The notes under the pieces: model-generated
Databases searched by the model: none
What the model was told of the DNA's origin: nothing
Seen by the model: the letters and a program-made list of their open reading frames with translations, nothing else
In this document: positions 41,701-53,899 of the stretch, piece after piece
Layout of the letters: each line of letters starts with the position of its first letter
How positions within the stretch are numbered: the first letter of the stretch is position 1
Made by a program: the position numbers and the translations under genes
DNA from: Eledone cirrhosa
Taxonomy: Eukaryota
NCBI GenBank assembly: GCA_964016885.1
Contig: OZ024743.1
Coordinates: 131,564,001-131,628,000 of the forward strand
Length of the DNA: 64,000 bases
Direction: 5' to 3'

Positions 41701-44700
41701 ACGCCAAACACCAAGCGCCAAGCACCAAACACCAAACACCAAGCACCAAGCACCAAGCACCAAACACCAAGCACCAAGTACCAAACACCAAACACCAAGC
41801 ACCAAACACCAAACAGCAAACACCAAAAAGCAAATGCCAAACCCCATACGCCAAACAGCAAATGCCAAACCCCAAACGCCAAACAGCAAACGCCAAGCAC
41901 CGAACACCAAACACCAAGCGCCAAGCACCAAACACCAAACACCAAGCACCAAGCACCAAACACCAAACACCAAGCACCAATCACCAAACACCAAGCACCA
42001 AGCGCCAAGCACCAAACACCAAAGACCTAGCACCAAGCACCAAGCACCAAACACCAAGTACCAAACACCAATCACCAAGCCCCAAGCACCAAACACCAAG
42101 CACCAAGCACCAAACACCAAACACCAAGCACCAAGCACCCAGAACCAAGCACCAAGCACCAAACACCAAGCACCAAGCACCGAGCACCAAACACCAAGAA
42201 CCAAGCACCAAGCACTAAACACCAAACACCAAGCACCAAGCACCAAACACCAAACACCAAGCACCAAACACCAAACAGCAAACGCCAAAAAGCAAACGCC
42301 AAACCCCATACGCCAAACAGCAAATGCCAAACCCCAAACGCCAAACAGCAAACGCCAGGCACCAAACACCAAACACCAAGCGCCAAGCACCAAACACCAA
42401 ACACCAAGCACCAAGCACCAAACACCAAACACCAAGCACCAATCACCAAACACCAAGCACCAAGCGCCAAGCACCAAACACCAAACACCTAGCACCAAGC
42501 ACCAAGCACCAAACACCAAGCACCAAACACCAATCACCAAGCCCCAAGCACCAAACACCAAGCACCAAGCACCAAACACCAAACACCAAGCACCAAGCAC
42601 CAAGGACCAAGCACCAAACACCAAGTACCAAGCACCGAGCACCAAACACCAAGAACCAAGCACCAAGCACTAAACACCAAACACCAAGCACCAAGCACCA
42701 AACACCAAACACCAAGCACCAAGTACCAAACTCCAAACACCAAACACCAAGCACCAAGCACCAAATCCCAAGCACCAAACACCAAGCACCAATCACCAAA
42801 CACCAAACACCAAGCACCAAGCACCAAACTCCAAAAACCAAGCACCAAGCACCAAGCACCAAACACCAAACGCCAAACACCAAACACCAAGTACCAAGCA
42901 CCAAACACCAAGCACCAAGCGCCAAAGACCAAACACCAAGCACCAAGCACGAAACACCAAGCACCAAGCACCGAGCACCAAACACCAAGTACCAAGCACC
43001 AAACACCAAACACCAAGCACCAAGCACCAAACACCAAACACCAAGCACCAAGTACCAAACACCAAACACCAAACACCAAACACCAAACAGCAAACGCCAA
43101 AAAGCAAACGCCAAACTCCAAACGCCAAACAACAAACGCCAAGGACCAAACACCAAACACCAAGCGCCAAGCACCAAACACCAAACACCAAGCACCAAGC
43201 ACCAAACACCAAATACCAAGGACCAATCACCAAACACCAAGCACCAAACACCAAGCACCAAACACCAAGCACCAAGCACCAAGCGCCAAACACCAAACAC
43301 CAAGCACCAAGCACCCAGAACAAAGCACCAAGCACCAAACACCAAACACCAAGCTCCAAGCACCAAACACCAAACACCAAGCACCAAGCACCAAGCACCA
43401 AGCACCAAACACCAAACACCAAGCACCAAGCACCAAACACCAAACACCAAGCACCAATCACCAAACACCAAGCACCAAGCGCCAAACACCAAACACCAAA
43501 CACCTAGCACCAAGCACCAAGCACCAAACACCAAGCACCAAACACCAAGCACCAAGCACCAAGCACCAAGCACCAAGCACCAAACACCAATCACCAAGCC
43601 CCAAGCACCAAACACCAAGCACCAAGCACCAAACACCAAACACCAAGCACCAAGCACCCAGAACCAAGCACCAAGCACCAAACACCAAACACCAAGCACC
43701 AAGCACCAAACCCCAAATACCAAGCACCAAGCACCAAGCACCAAGCACCAAACACCATACACCAAGCACCAAGCACCAAACACCAAAAACCAATCACCAA
43801 GCACCAAAGAGCAAACACCAAGCCCCAAGCAACAAACACCAAACACCAAACACCAAAAAGCAAACACTAAACACCAAACACCAAATAGCAAACACCAAAC
43901 ACCAAATAGCAAACACCAAAAACCAACCAGGAAACACAAAACAGCAAACACCAAACAGCAAACGCCAAACAGCAAACACAAACACCAAACACCAAACACC
44001 AAGCACCAAGCACCAAGCACAAAACCCCAAGCACCAAGCGCCAAGCACCAAACACCAAACACCAAACACCAAACAGCAAACACCAATCACCAAAAACCAG
44101 ACACCAAACACCAAGCAACAAGCACCAATCACCAAGCACCAAGCACTAAACACCAAACACCTAGCACCAAGCACCAAGCACCAAACACCAAGCACCAAGC
44201 ACCAAGCACCAAACACCAAGCACCAAAGACCAAGCCCCAAATACCAAGCACCAAGCACCAAACACTAATCACCAGGGACCAAGCACCAAACACCAAGAAC
44301 CAAGCACCAAGCACTAAACACCAAACACCAAGCACCAAGCACCAAACACCAAACACCAAGCACCAAGTACCAAACTCCAAACACCAAACACCAAGCACCA
44401 AGCACCAAATCCCAAGCACCAAACACCAAGCACCAATCACCAAACACCAAACACCAAGCACCAAGCACCAAACACCAAAAACCAAGCACCAAGCACCAAG
44501 CACCAAACAGCAAATGCCAAACACCGAACACCAAGTACCAAGCACCAAACACCAAGCACCAAGCGCCAAAGACCAAACACCAAGCACCAAGCACGAAACA
44601 CCAAGCACCAAGCACCGAGCACCAAACACCAAGTACCAAGCACCAATCACCAAACACCAAGCACCAAGCACCAAACACCAAACAGCAAGCACCAAGCACC

Positions 44701-45410
44701 AAACACCAAACACCAAGCACCAAGCACCACACACCAACTACCAAGCACCAAGCACTAAACACCAAACACCAAGCACCAAGCACCAAGCATCAAGCATCAA
44801 GCACCAAACACCAAGCACCAAGCACCAAGCACCAAACATAAAACAACAAGTACCAAGCACCAAACACCAAACACCAAACACCAAACACCAAGCACAAAGC
44901 ACCAAACACCAAACACCAAGCACCAAGCACCAGACACCAAGCACCAAGCACCAAGCACCAAGCACCAAAAACCAAGCACCAAGCACCAAGGACCAAACAC
45001 CAAGCACCAAACACCAAACACCAAGCACCAAGCACCAAACACCAAACACCAAGCACCAAACACCAAACACCAAGCACCAATCACCAAACACCAAGCACCA
45101 AGCGCCAAACACCAAACACCAAACACCTAGCACCAAGCACCAAGCACCGAACACCAAGCACCAAACACCAAGCACCAAGCACCAAGCACCAAGCACCAAG
45201 CACCAAACACCAATCACCAAGCCCGAAGCACCAAACACGAAGCACCAAGCACCAAACACCAAACACCAAGCACCATGCACCAAGCACCAAGCACCAAGCA
45301 CCAAGCACCAAGCACCAAACACCAATCACCAAGCCCGAAGCACCAAACACGAAGCACCAAGCACCAAACACCAAACACCAAGCACCAAGCACCAAGCACC
45401 AAACACCAAA

Positions 45411-45830
45411 GAGCAAACACCAAGCCCCAAGCACCAAACACCAAACACCAAACACCAAACAGCAAACACTAAACACCAAACACCAAACAGCAAACACGAA
45501 ACACCAAATAGCAAACACCAAACACCAACCAGGAAACACCAAACAGCAAACACCAAACAGCAAACGCCAAACAGCAAACATAAACAGCAAACACCAAACA
45601 CCAAGTACCAAGCACCAAAGAGCAAACACCAAGCCCCAAGCACCAAACACCAAACACCAAACACCAAACAGCAAACACTAAACACCAAACACCAAACAGC
45701 AAACACGAAACACCAAATAGCAAACACCAAACACCAACCAGGAAACACCAAACAGCAAACACCAAACAGCAAACGCCAAACAGCAAACATAAACAGCAAA
45801 CACCAAACACCAAGTACCAAGCACCAAGCA
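45411..45830. repeat. 209-bp (30-monomer) tandem doublet of the domain II cassette
   Basis: GAGCAAA at 45411 and 45620, with one CATAAA hexamer per unit (30x7 - 1 = 209). The doublet recurs at ~46977, 48291, 50102, 51668 and 52982. Confidence 0.88.
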
Positions 45831-46065
45831 CGAAACACCAAGCAACAAGCGCCAAGCACCAAACACCAAACACCAAACACCAAACAGCAAACACCAATCA
45901 CCAAACACCAGACACCAAACACCAAACAGCAAACACCAAACACCAAACAGCAAACACCAAACACCAAACACCAAACAGCAAACACGAAACAGCAAACACC
46001 AAACAGCAAACACCAAACAGCAAACACCAAACAGCAAGCACCAAACACCAAACACCAAACACCAA

Positions 46066-48625
46066 GCACCAAGCACCAAACACCAAGCACCAAGCAACAA
46101 ACACCAATCACCAAGCACCAAGCACTAAACACCAAACACCTAGCACCAAGCACCAAGCACCAAACACCAAGCACCAAGCACCAAGCACCAAACACCAAGC
46201 ACCAAAGACCAAGCCCCAAATACCAAGCACCAAGCACCAAACACCAGTCACCAGGCACCAAGCACCAAACACCAACAACCAAGCACCAAGCACTAAACAC
46301 CAAACACCAAGCACCAAGCACCGAACACCAAACACCAAGCACCAAGTACCAAACTCCAAACACCAAACACCAAGCACCAATCAACAAACACCAAACACCA
46401 AGCACCAAGCACCAAACACCAAGCACCAAGCACCAAGCACCAAACATAAAACAACAAGTACCAAGCACCAAACACCAAACACCAAACACCAAACACCAAG
46501 CACAAAGCACCAAACACCAAACACCAAGCACCAAGCACCAGACACCAAGCACCAAGCACCAAGCACCAAGCACCAAAAACCAAGCACCAAGCACCAAGGA
46601 CCAAACACCAAGCACCAAACACCAAACACCAAGCACCAAGCACCAAACACCAAACACCAAGCACCAAACACCAAACACCAAGCACCAATCACCAAACACC
46701 AAGCACCAAGCGCCAAACACCAAACACCAAACACCTAGCACCAAGCACCAAGCACCGAACACCAAGCACCAAACACCAAGCACCAAGCACCAAGCACCAA
46801 GCACCAAGCACCAAACACCAATCACCAAGCCCGAAGCACCAAACACGAAGCACCAAGCACCAAACACCAAACACCAAGCACCATGCACCCAGAACCAAGC
46901 ACCAAGCACCAAACACCAAGCACCTAGCACCAAACACCAAACACCAAGCACCAAGCACCAAGCACCAAACACCAAAGAGCAAACACCAAGCCCCAAGCAC
47001 CAAACACCAAACACCAAACACCAAACAGCAAACACTAAACACCAAACACCAAACAGCAAACACGAAACACCAAATAGCAAACACCAAACACCAACCAGGA
47101 AACACCAAACAGCAAACACCAAACAGCAAACGCCAAACAGCAAACATAAACAGCAAACACCAAACACCAAGTACCAAGCACCAAAGAGCAAACACCAAGC
47201 CCCAAGCACCAAACACCAAACACCAAACACCAAACAGCAAACACTAAACACCAAACACCAAACAGCAAACACGAAACACCAAATAGCAAACACCAAACAC
47301 CAACCAGGAAACACCAAACAGCAAACACCAAACAGCAAACGCCAAACAGCAAACATAAACAGCAAACACCAAACACCAAGCACCAAGCACCAAACACCAA
47401 GCACCAAGCAACAAGCACCAATCACCAAGCACCAAGCACTAAACACCAAACACCTAGCACCAAGCACCAAGCACCAAACACCAAGCACCAAGCACCAAGC
47501 ACCAAACACCAAGCACCAAAGACCAAGCCCCAAATACCAAGCACCAAGCACCAAACACCAGTCACCAGGCACCAAGCACCAAACACCAACAACCAAGCAC
47601 CAAGCACTAAACACCAAACACCAAGCACCAAGCACCGAACACCAAACACCAAGCACCAAGTACCAAACTCCAAACACCAAACACCAAGCACCAATCAACA
47701 AACACCAAACACCAAGCACCAAGCACCAAACACCAAGCACCAAGCACCAAGCACCAAACATAAAACAACAAGTACCAAGCACCAAACACCAAACACCAAA
47801 CACCAAACACCAAGCACAAAGCACCAAACACCAAACACCAAGCACCAAGCACCAGACACCAAGCACCAAGCACCAAGCACCAAGCACCAAAAACCAAGCA
47901 CCAAGCACCAAGGACCAAACACCAAGCACCAAACACCAAACACCAAGCACCAAGCACCAAACACCAAACACCAAGCACCAAACACCAAACACCAAGCACC
48001 AATCACCAAACACCAAGCACCAAGCGCCAAACACCAAACACCAAACACCTAGCACCAAGCACCAAGCACCGAACACCAAGCACCAAACACCAAGCACCAA
48101 GCACCAAGCACCAAGCACCAAGCACCAAACACCAATCACCAAGCCCGAAGCACCAAACACGAAGCACCAAGCACCAAACACCAAACACCAAGCACCATGC
48201 ACCCAGAACCAAGCACCAAGCACCAAACACCAAGCACCTAGCACCAAACACCAAACACCAAGCACCAAGCACCAAGCACCAAACACCAAAGAGCAAACAC
48301 CAAGCCCCAAGCACCAAACACCAAACACCAAACACCAAACAGCAAACACTAAACACCAAACACCAAACAGCAAACACGAAACACCAAATAGCAAACACCA
48401 AACACCAACCAGGAAACACCAAACAGCAAACACCAAACAGCAAACGCCAAACAGCAAACATAAACAGCAAACACCAAACACCAAGTACCAAGCACCAAAG
48501 AGCAAACACCAAGCCCCAAGCACCAAACACCAAACACCAAACACCAAACAGCAAACACTAAACACCAAACACCAAACAGCAAACACGAAACACCAAATAG
48601 CAAACACCAAACACCAACCAGGAAA
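46066..48625. repeat. Nested 1,314-bp (188-monomer) tandem duplication; second instance at ~50757-53380
   Basis: Identical ORF pairs 46108/47422, 46293/47607, 46689/48003, 50799/52113 and 51380/52694. 1314 = 188x7 - 2. Confidence 0.9.
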
Positions 48626-51600
48626 CACAAAACAGCAAACACCAAACAGCAAACGCCAAACAGCAAACACAAACACCAAACACCAAACACCAAGCACCAA
48701 GCACCAAGCACAAAACCCCAAGCACCAAGCGCCAAGCACCAAACACCAAACACCAAACACCAAACAGCAAACACCAATCACCAAAAACCAGACACCAAAC
48801 ACCAAGCAACAAGCACCAATCACCAAGCACCAAGCACTAAACACCAAACACCTAGCACCAAGCACCAAGCACCAAACACCAAGCACCAAGCACCAAGCAC
48901 CAAACACCAAGCACCAAAGACCAAGCCCCAAATACCAAGCACCAAGCACCAAACACTAATCACCAGGGACCAAGCACCAAACACCAAGAACCAAGCACCA
49001 AGCACTAAACACCAAACACCAAGCACCAAGCACCAAACACCAAACACCAAGCACCAAGTACCAAACTCCAAACACCAAACACCAAGCACCAAGCACCAAA
49101 TCCCAAGCACCAAACACCAAGCACCAATCACCAAACACCAAACACCAAGCACCAAGCACCAAACACCAAAAACCAAGCACCAAGCACCAAGCACCAAACA
49201 GCAAATGCCAAACACCGAACACCAAGTACCAAGCACCAAACACCAAGCACCAAGCGCCAAAGACCAAACACCAAGCACCAAGCACGAAACACCAAGCACC
49301 AAGCACCGAGCACCAAACACCAAGTACCAAGCACCAATCACCAAACACCAAGCACCAAGCACCAAACACCAAACAGCAAGCACCAAGCACCAAACACCAA
49401 ACACCAAGCACCAAGCACCACACACCAACTACCAAGCACCAAGCACTAAACACCAAACACCAAGCACCAAGCACCAAGCATCAAGCATCAAGCACCAAAC
49501 ACCAAGCACCAAGCACCAAGCACCAAACATAAAACAACAAGTACCAAGCACCAAACACCAAACACCAAACACCAAACACCAAGCACAAAGCACCAAACAC
49601 CAAACACCAAGCACCAAGCACCAGACACCAAGCACCAAGCACCAAGCACCAAGCACCAAAAACCAAGCACCAAGCACCAAGGACCAAACACCAAGCACCA
49701 AACACCAAACACCAAGCACCAAGCACCAAACACCAAACACCAAGCACCAAACACCAAACACCAAGCACCAATCACCAAACACCAAGCACCAAGCGCCAAA
49801 CACCAAACACCAAACACCTAGCACCAAGCACCAAGCACCGAACACCAAGCACCAAACACCAAGCACCAAGCACCAAGCACCAAGCACCAAGCACCAAACA
49901 CCAATCACCAAGCCCGAAGCACCAAACACGAAGCACCAAGCACCAAACACCAAACACCAAGCACCATGCACCAAGCACCAAGCACCAAGCACCAAGCACC
50001 AAGCACCAAACACCAATCACCAAGCCCGAAGCACCAAACACGAAGCACCAAGCACCAAACACCAAACACCAAGCACCAAGCACCAAGCACCAAACACCAA
50101 AGAGCAAACACCAAGCCCCAAGCACCAAACACCAAACACCAAACACCAAACAGCAAACACTAAACACCAAACACCAAACAGCAAACACGAAACACCAAAT
50201 AGCAAACACCAAACACCAACCAGGAAACACCAAACAGCAAACACCAAACAGCAAACGCCAAACAGCAAACATAAACAGCAAACACCAAACACCAAGTACC
50301 AAGCACCAAAGAGCAAACACCAAGCCCCAAGCACCAAACACCAAACACCAAACACCAAACAGCAAACACTAAACACCAAACACCAAACAGCAAACACGAA
50401 ACACCAAATAGCAAACACCAAACACCAACCAGGAAACACCAAACAGCAAACACCAAACAGCAAACGCCAAACAGCAAACATAAACAGCAAACACCAAACA
50501 CCAAGTACCAAGCACCAAGCACGAAACACCAAGCAACAAGCGCCAAGCACCAAACACCAAACACCAAACACCAAACAGCAAACACCAATCACCAAACACC
50601 AGACACCAAACACCAAACAGCAAACACCAAACACCAAACAGCAAACACCAAACACCAAACACCAAACAGCAAACACGAAACAGCAAACACCAAACAGCAA
50701 ACACCAAACAGCAAACACCAAACAGCAAGCACCAAACACCAAACACCAAACACCAAGCACCAAGCACCAAACACCAAGCACCAAGCAACAAACACCAATC
50801 ACCAAGCACCAAGCACTAAACACCAAACACCTAGCACCAAGCACCAAGCACCAAACACCAAGCACCAAGCACCAAGCACCAAACACCAAGCACCAAAGAC
50901 CAAGCCCCAAATACCAAGCACCAAGCACCAAACACCAGTCACCAGGCACCAAGCACCAAACACCAACAACCAAGCACCAAGCACTAAACACCAAACACCA
51001 AGCACCAAGCACCGAACACCAAACACCAAGCACCAAGTACCAAACTCCAAACACCAAACACCAAGCACCAATCAACAAACACCAAACACCAAGCACCAAG
51101 CACCAAACACCAAGCACCAAGCACCAAGCACCAAACATAAAACAACAAGTACCAAGCACCAAACACCAAACACCAAACACCAAACACCAAGCACAAAGCA
51201 CCAAACACCAAACACCAAGCACCAAGCACCAGACACCAAGCACCAAGCACCAAGCACCAAGCACCAAAAACCAAGCACCAAGCACCAAGGACCAAACACC
51301 AAGCACCAAACACCAAACACCAAGCACCAAGCACCAAACACCAAACACCAAGCACCAAACACCAAACACCAAGCACCAATCACCAAACACCAAGCACCAA
51401 GCGCCAAACACCAAACACCAAACACCTAGCACCAAGCACCAAGCACCGAACACCAAGCACCAAACACCAAGCACCAAGCACCAAGCACCAAGCACCAAGC
51501 ACCAAACACCAATCACCAAGCCCGAAGCACCAAACACGAAGCACCAAGCACCAAACACCAAACACCAAGCACCATGCACCCAGAACCAAGCACCAAGCAC

Positions 51601-53899
51601 CAAACACCAAGCACCTAGCACCAAACACCAAACACCAAGCACCAAGCACCAAGCACCAAACACCAAAGAGCAAACACCAAGCCCCAAGCACCAAACACCA
51701 AACACCAAACACCAAACAGCAAACACTAAACACCAAACACCAAACAGCAAACACGAAACACCAAATAGCAAACACCAAACACCAACCAGGAAACACCAAA
51801 CAGCAAACACCAAACAGCAAACGCCAAACAGCAAACATAAACAGCAAACACCAAACACCAAGTACCAAGCACCAAAGAGCAAACACCAAGCCCCAAGCAC
51901 CAAACACCAAACACCAAACACCAAACAGCAAACACTAAACACCAAACACCAAACAGCAAACACGAAACACCAAATAGCAAACACCAAACACCAACCAGGA
52001 AACACCAAACAGCAAACACCAAACAGCAAACGCCAAACAGCAAACATAAACAGCAAACACCAAACACCAAGCACCAAGCACCAAACACCAAGCACCAAGC
52101 AACAAGCACCAATCACCAAGCACCAAGCACTAAACACCAAACACCTAGCACCAAGCACCAAGCACCAAACACCAAGCACCAAGCACCAAGCACCAAACAC
52201 CAAGCACCAAAGACCAAGCCCCAAATACCAAGCACCAAGCACCAAACACCAGTCACCAGGCACCAAGCACCAAACACCAACAACCAAGCACCAAGCACTA
52301 AACACCAAACACCAAGCACCAAGCACCGAACACCAAACACCAAGCACCAAGTACCAAACTCCAAACACCAAACACCAAGCACCAATCAACAAACACCAAA
52401 CACCAAGCACCAAGCACCAAACACCAAGCACCAAGCACCAAGCACCAAACATAAAACAACAAGTACCAAGCACCAAACACCAAACACCAAACACCAAACA
52501 CCAAGCACAAAGCACCAAACACCAAACACCAAGCACCAAGCACCAGACACCAAGCACCAAGCACCAAGCACCAAGCACCAAAAACCAAGCACCAAGCACC
52601 AAGGACCAAACACCAAGCACCAAACACCAAACACCAAGCACCAAGCACCAAACACCAAACACCAAGCACCAAACACCAAACACCAAGCACCAATCACCAA
52701 ACACCAAGCACCAAGCGCCAAACACCAAACACCAAACACCTAGCACCAAGCACCAAGCACCGAACACCAAGCACCAAACACCAAGCACCAAGCACCAAGC
52801 ACCAAGCACCAAGCACCAAACACCAATCACCAAGCCCGAAGCACCAAACACGAAGCACCAAGCACCAAACACCAAACACCAAGCACCATGCACCCAGAAC
52901 CAAGCACCAAGCACCAAACACCAAGCACCTAGCACCAAACACCAAACACCAAGCACCAAGCACCAAGCACCAAACACCAAAGAGCAAACACCAAGCCCCA
53001 AGCACCAAACACCAAACACCAAACACCAAACAGCAAACACTAAACACCAAACACCAAACAGCAAACACGAAACACCAAATAGCAAACACCAAACACCAAC
53101 CAGGAAACACCAAACAGCAAACACCAAACAGCAAACGCCAAACAGCAAACATAAACAGCAAACACCAAACACCAAGTACCAAGCACCAAAGAGCAAACAC
53201 CAAGCCCCAAGCACCAAACACCAAACACCAAACACCAAACAGCAAACACTAAACACCAAACACCAAACAGCAAACACGAAACACCAAATAGCAAACACCA
53301 AACACCAACCAGGAAACACCAAACAGCAAACACCAAACAGCAAACGCCAAACAGCAAACATAAACAGCAAACACCAAACACCAAGTACCAAGCACCAAGC
53401 ACAAAACACCAAGCAACAAGCGCCAAGCACCAAACACCAAACACCAAACACCAAACAGCAAACACCAATCACCAAACACCAGACACCAAACACCAAACAG
53501 CAAACACCAAACACCAAACAGCAAACACCAAACACCAAACACCAAACAGCAAACACAAAACAGCAAACACCAAACAGCAAACACCAAACAGCAAACACCA
53601 AACAGCAAGCACCAAACACCAAACACCAAACACCAAGCACCAAGCACCAAACACCAAGCACCAAGCAACAAGCACCAATCACCAAGCACCAAGCACTAAA
53701 CACCAAACACCTAGCACCAAGCACCAAGCACCAAACACCAAGCACCAAGCACCAAGCACCAAACACCAAGCACCAAAGACCAAGCCCCAAATACCAAGCA
53801 CCAAGCACCAAACACCAGTCACCAGGCACCAAGCACCAAACACCAACAACCAAGCACCAAGCACTAAACACCAAACACCAAGCACCAAGCACCGAACAC

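Larger units (their letters stand above)
1..43150. repeat. Satellite domain I: mosaic higher-order array marked by the 84-bp CpG cassette
   Basis: The CGCCAAA/CCCCATA/AAGCAAA cassette recurs every few hundred bp. The last full CCCCATA copy is at ~42275-42358 and a truncated copy is at ~43088-43143. CAGGAAA, GAGCAAA-CACCAAG-CCCCAAG and TAGCAAA modules were not seen here. Confidence 0.85.
43922..53319. repeat. Tandem duplication, unit 4,691 bp (671 monomers)
   Basis: Identical ORF pairs at offset 4691 (44129/48820, 44738/49429, 45678/50369, 47422/52113, 48003/52694). 4691 = 671x7 - 6, matching six 6-bp units per copy. Confidence 0.92.

Noticed and set aside
512-43143. CRISPR-like arrangement of a conserved cassette separated by variable stretches
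   Set aside because: The intervening sequences are the same satellite, are hundreds of bp long and are themselves repeated. There are no unique spacers, palindromic repeat, leader or cas genes.
42324-48959. 2,211-aa + strand ORF (also the 1,895-aa ORFs at 18861 and 29847, and 1,760 aa at 49205) of KHQAPST/KHQTPNT heptads, superficially mucin- or CTD-like
   Set aside because: The + strand has almost no T, so stops are rare by composition. All three frames give the same heptad, there is no non-repetitive domain, and 1-bp deletions shift frame freely. This is the expected translation of a 7-bp satellite.
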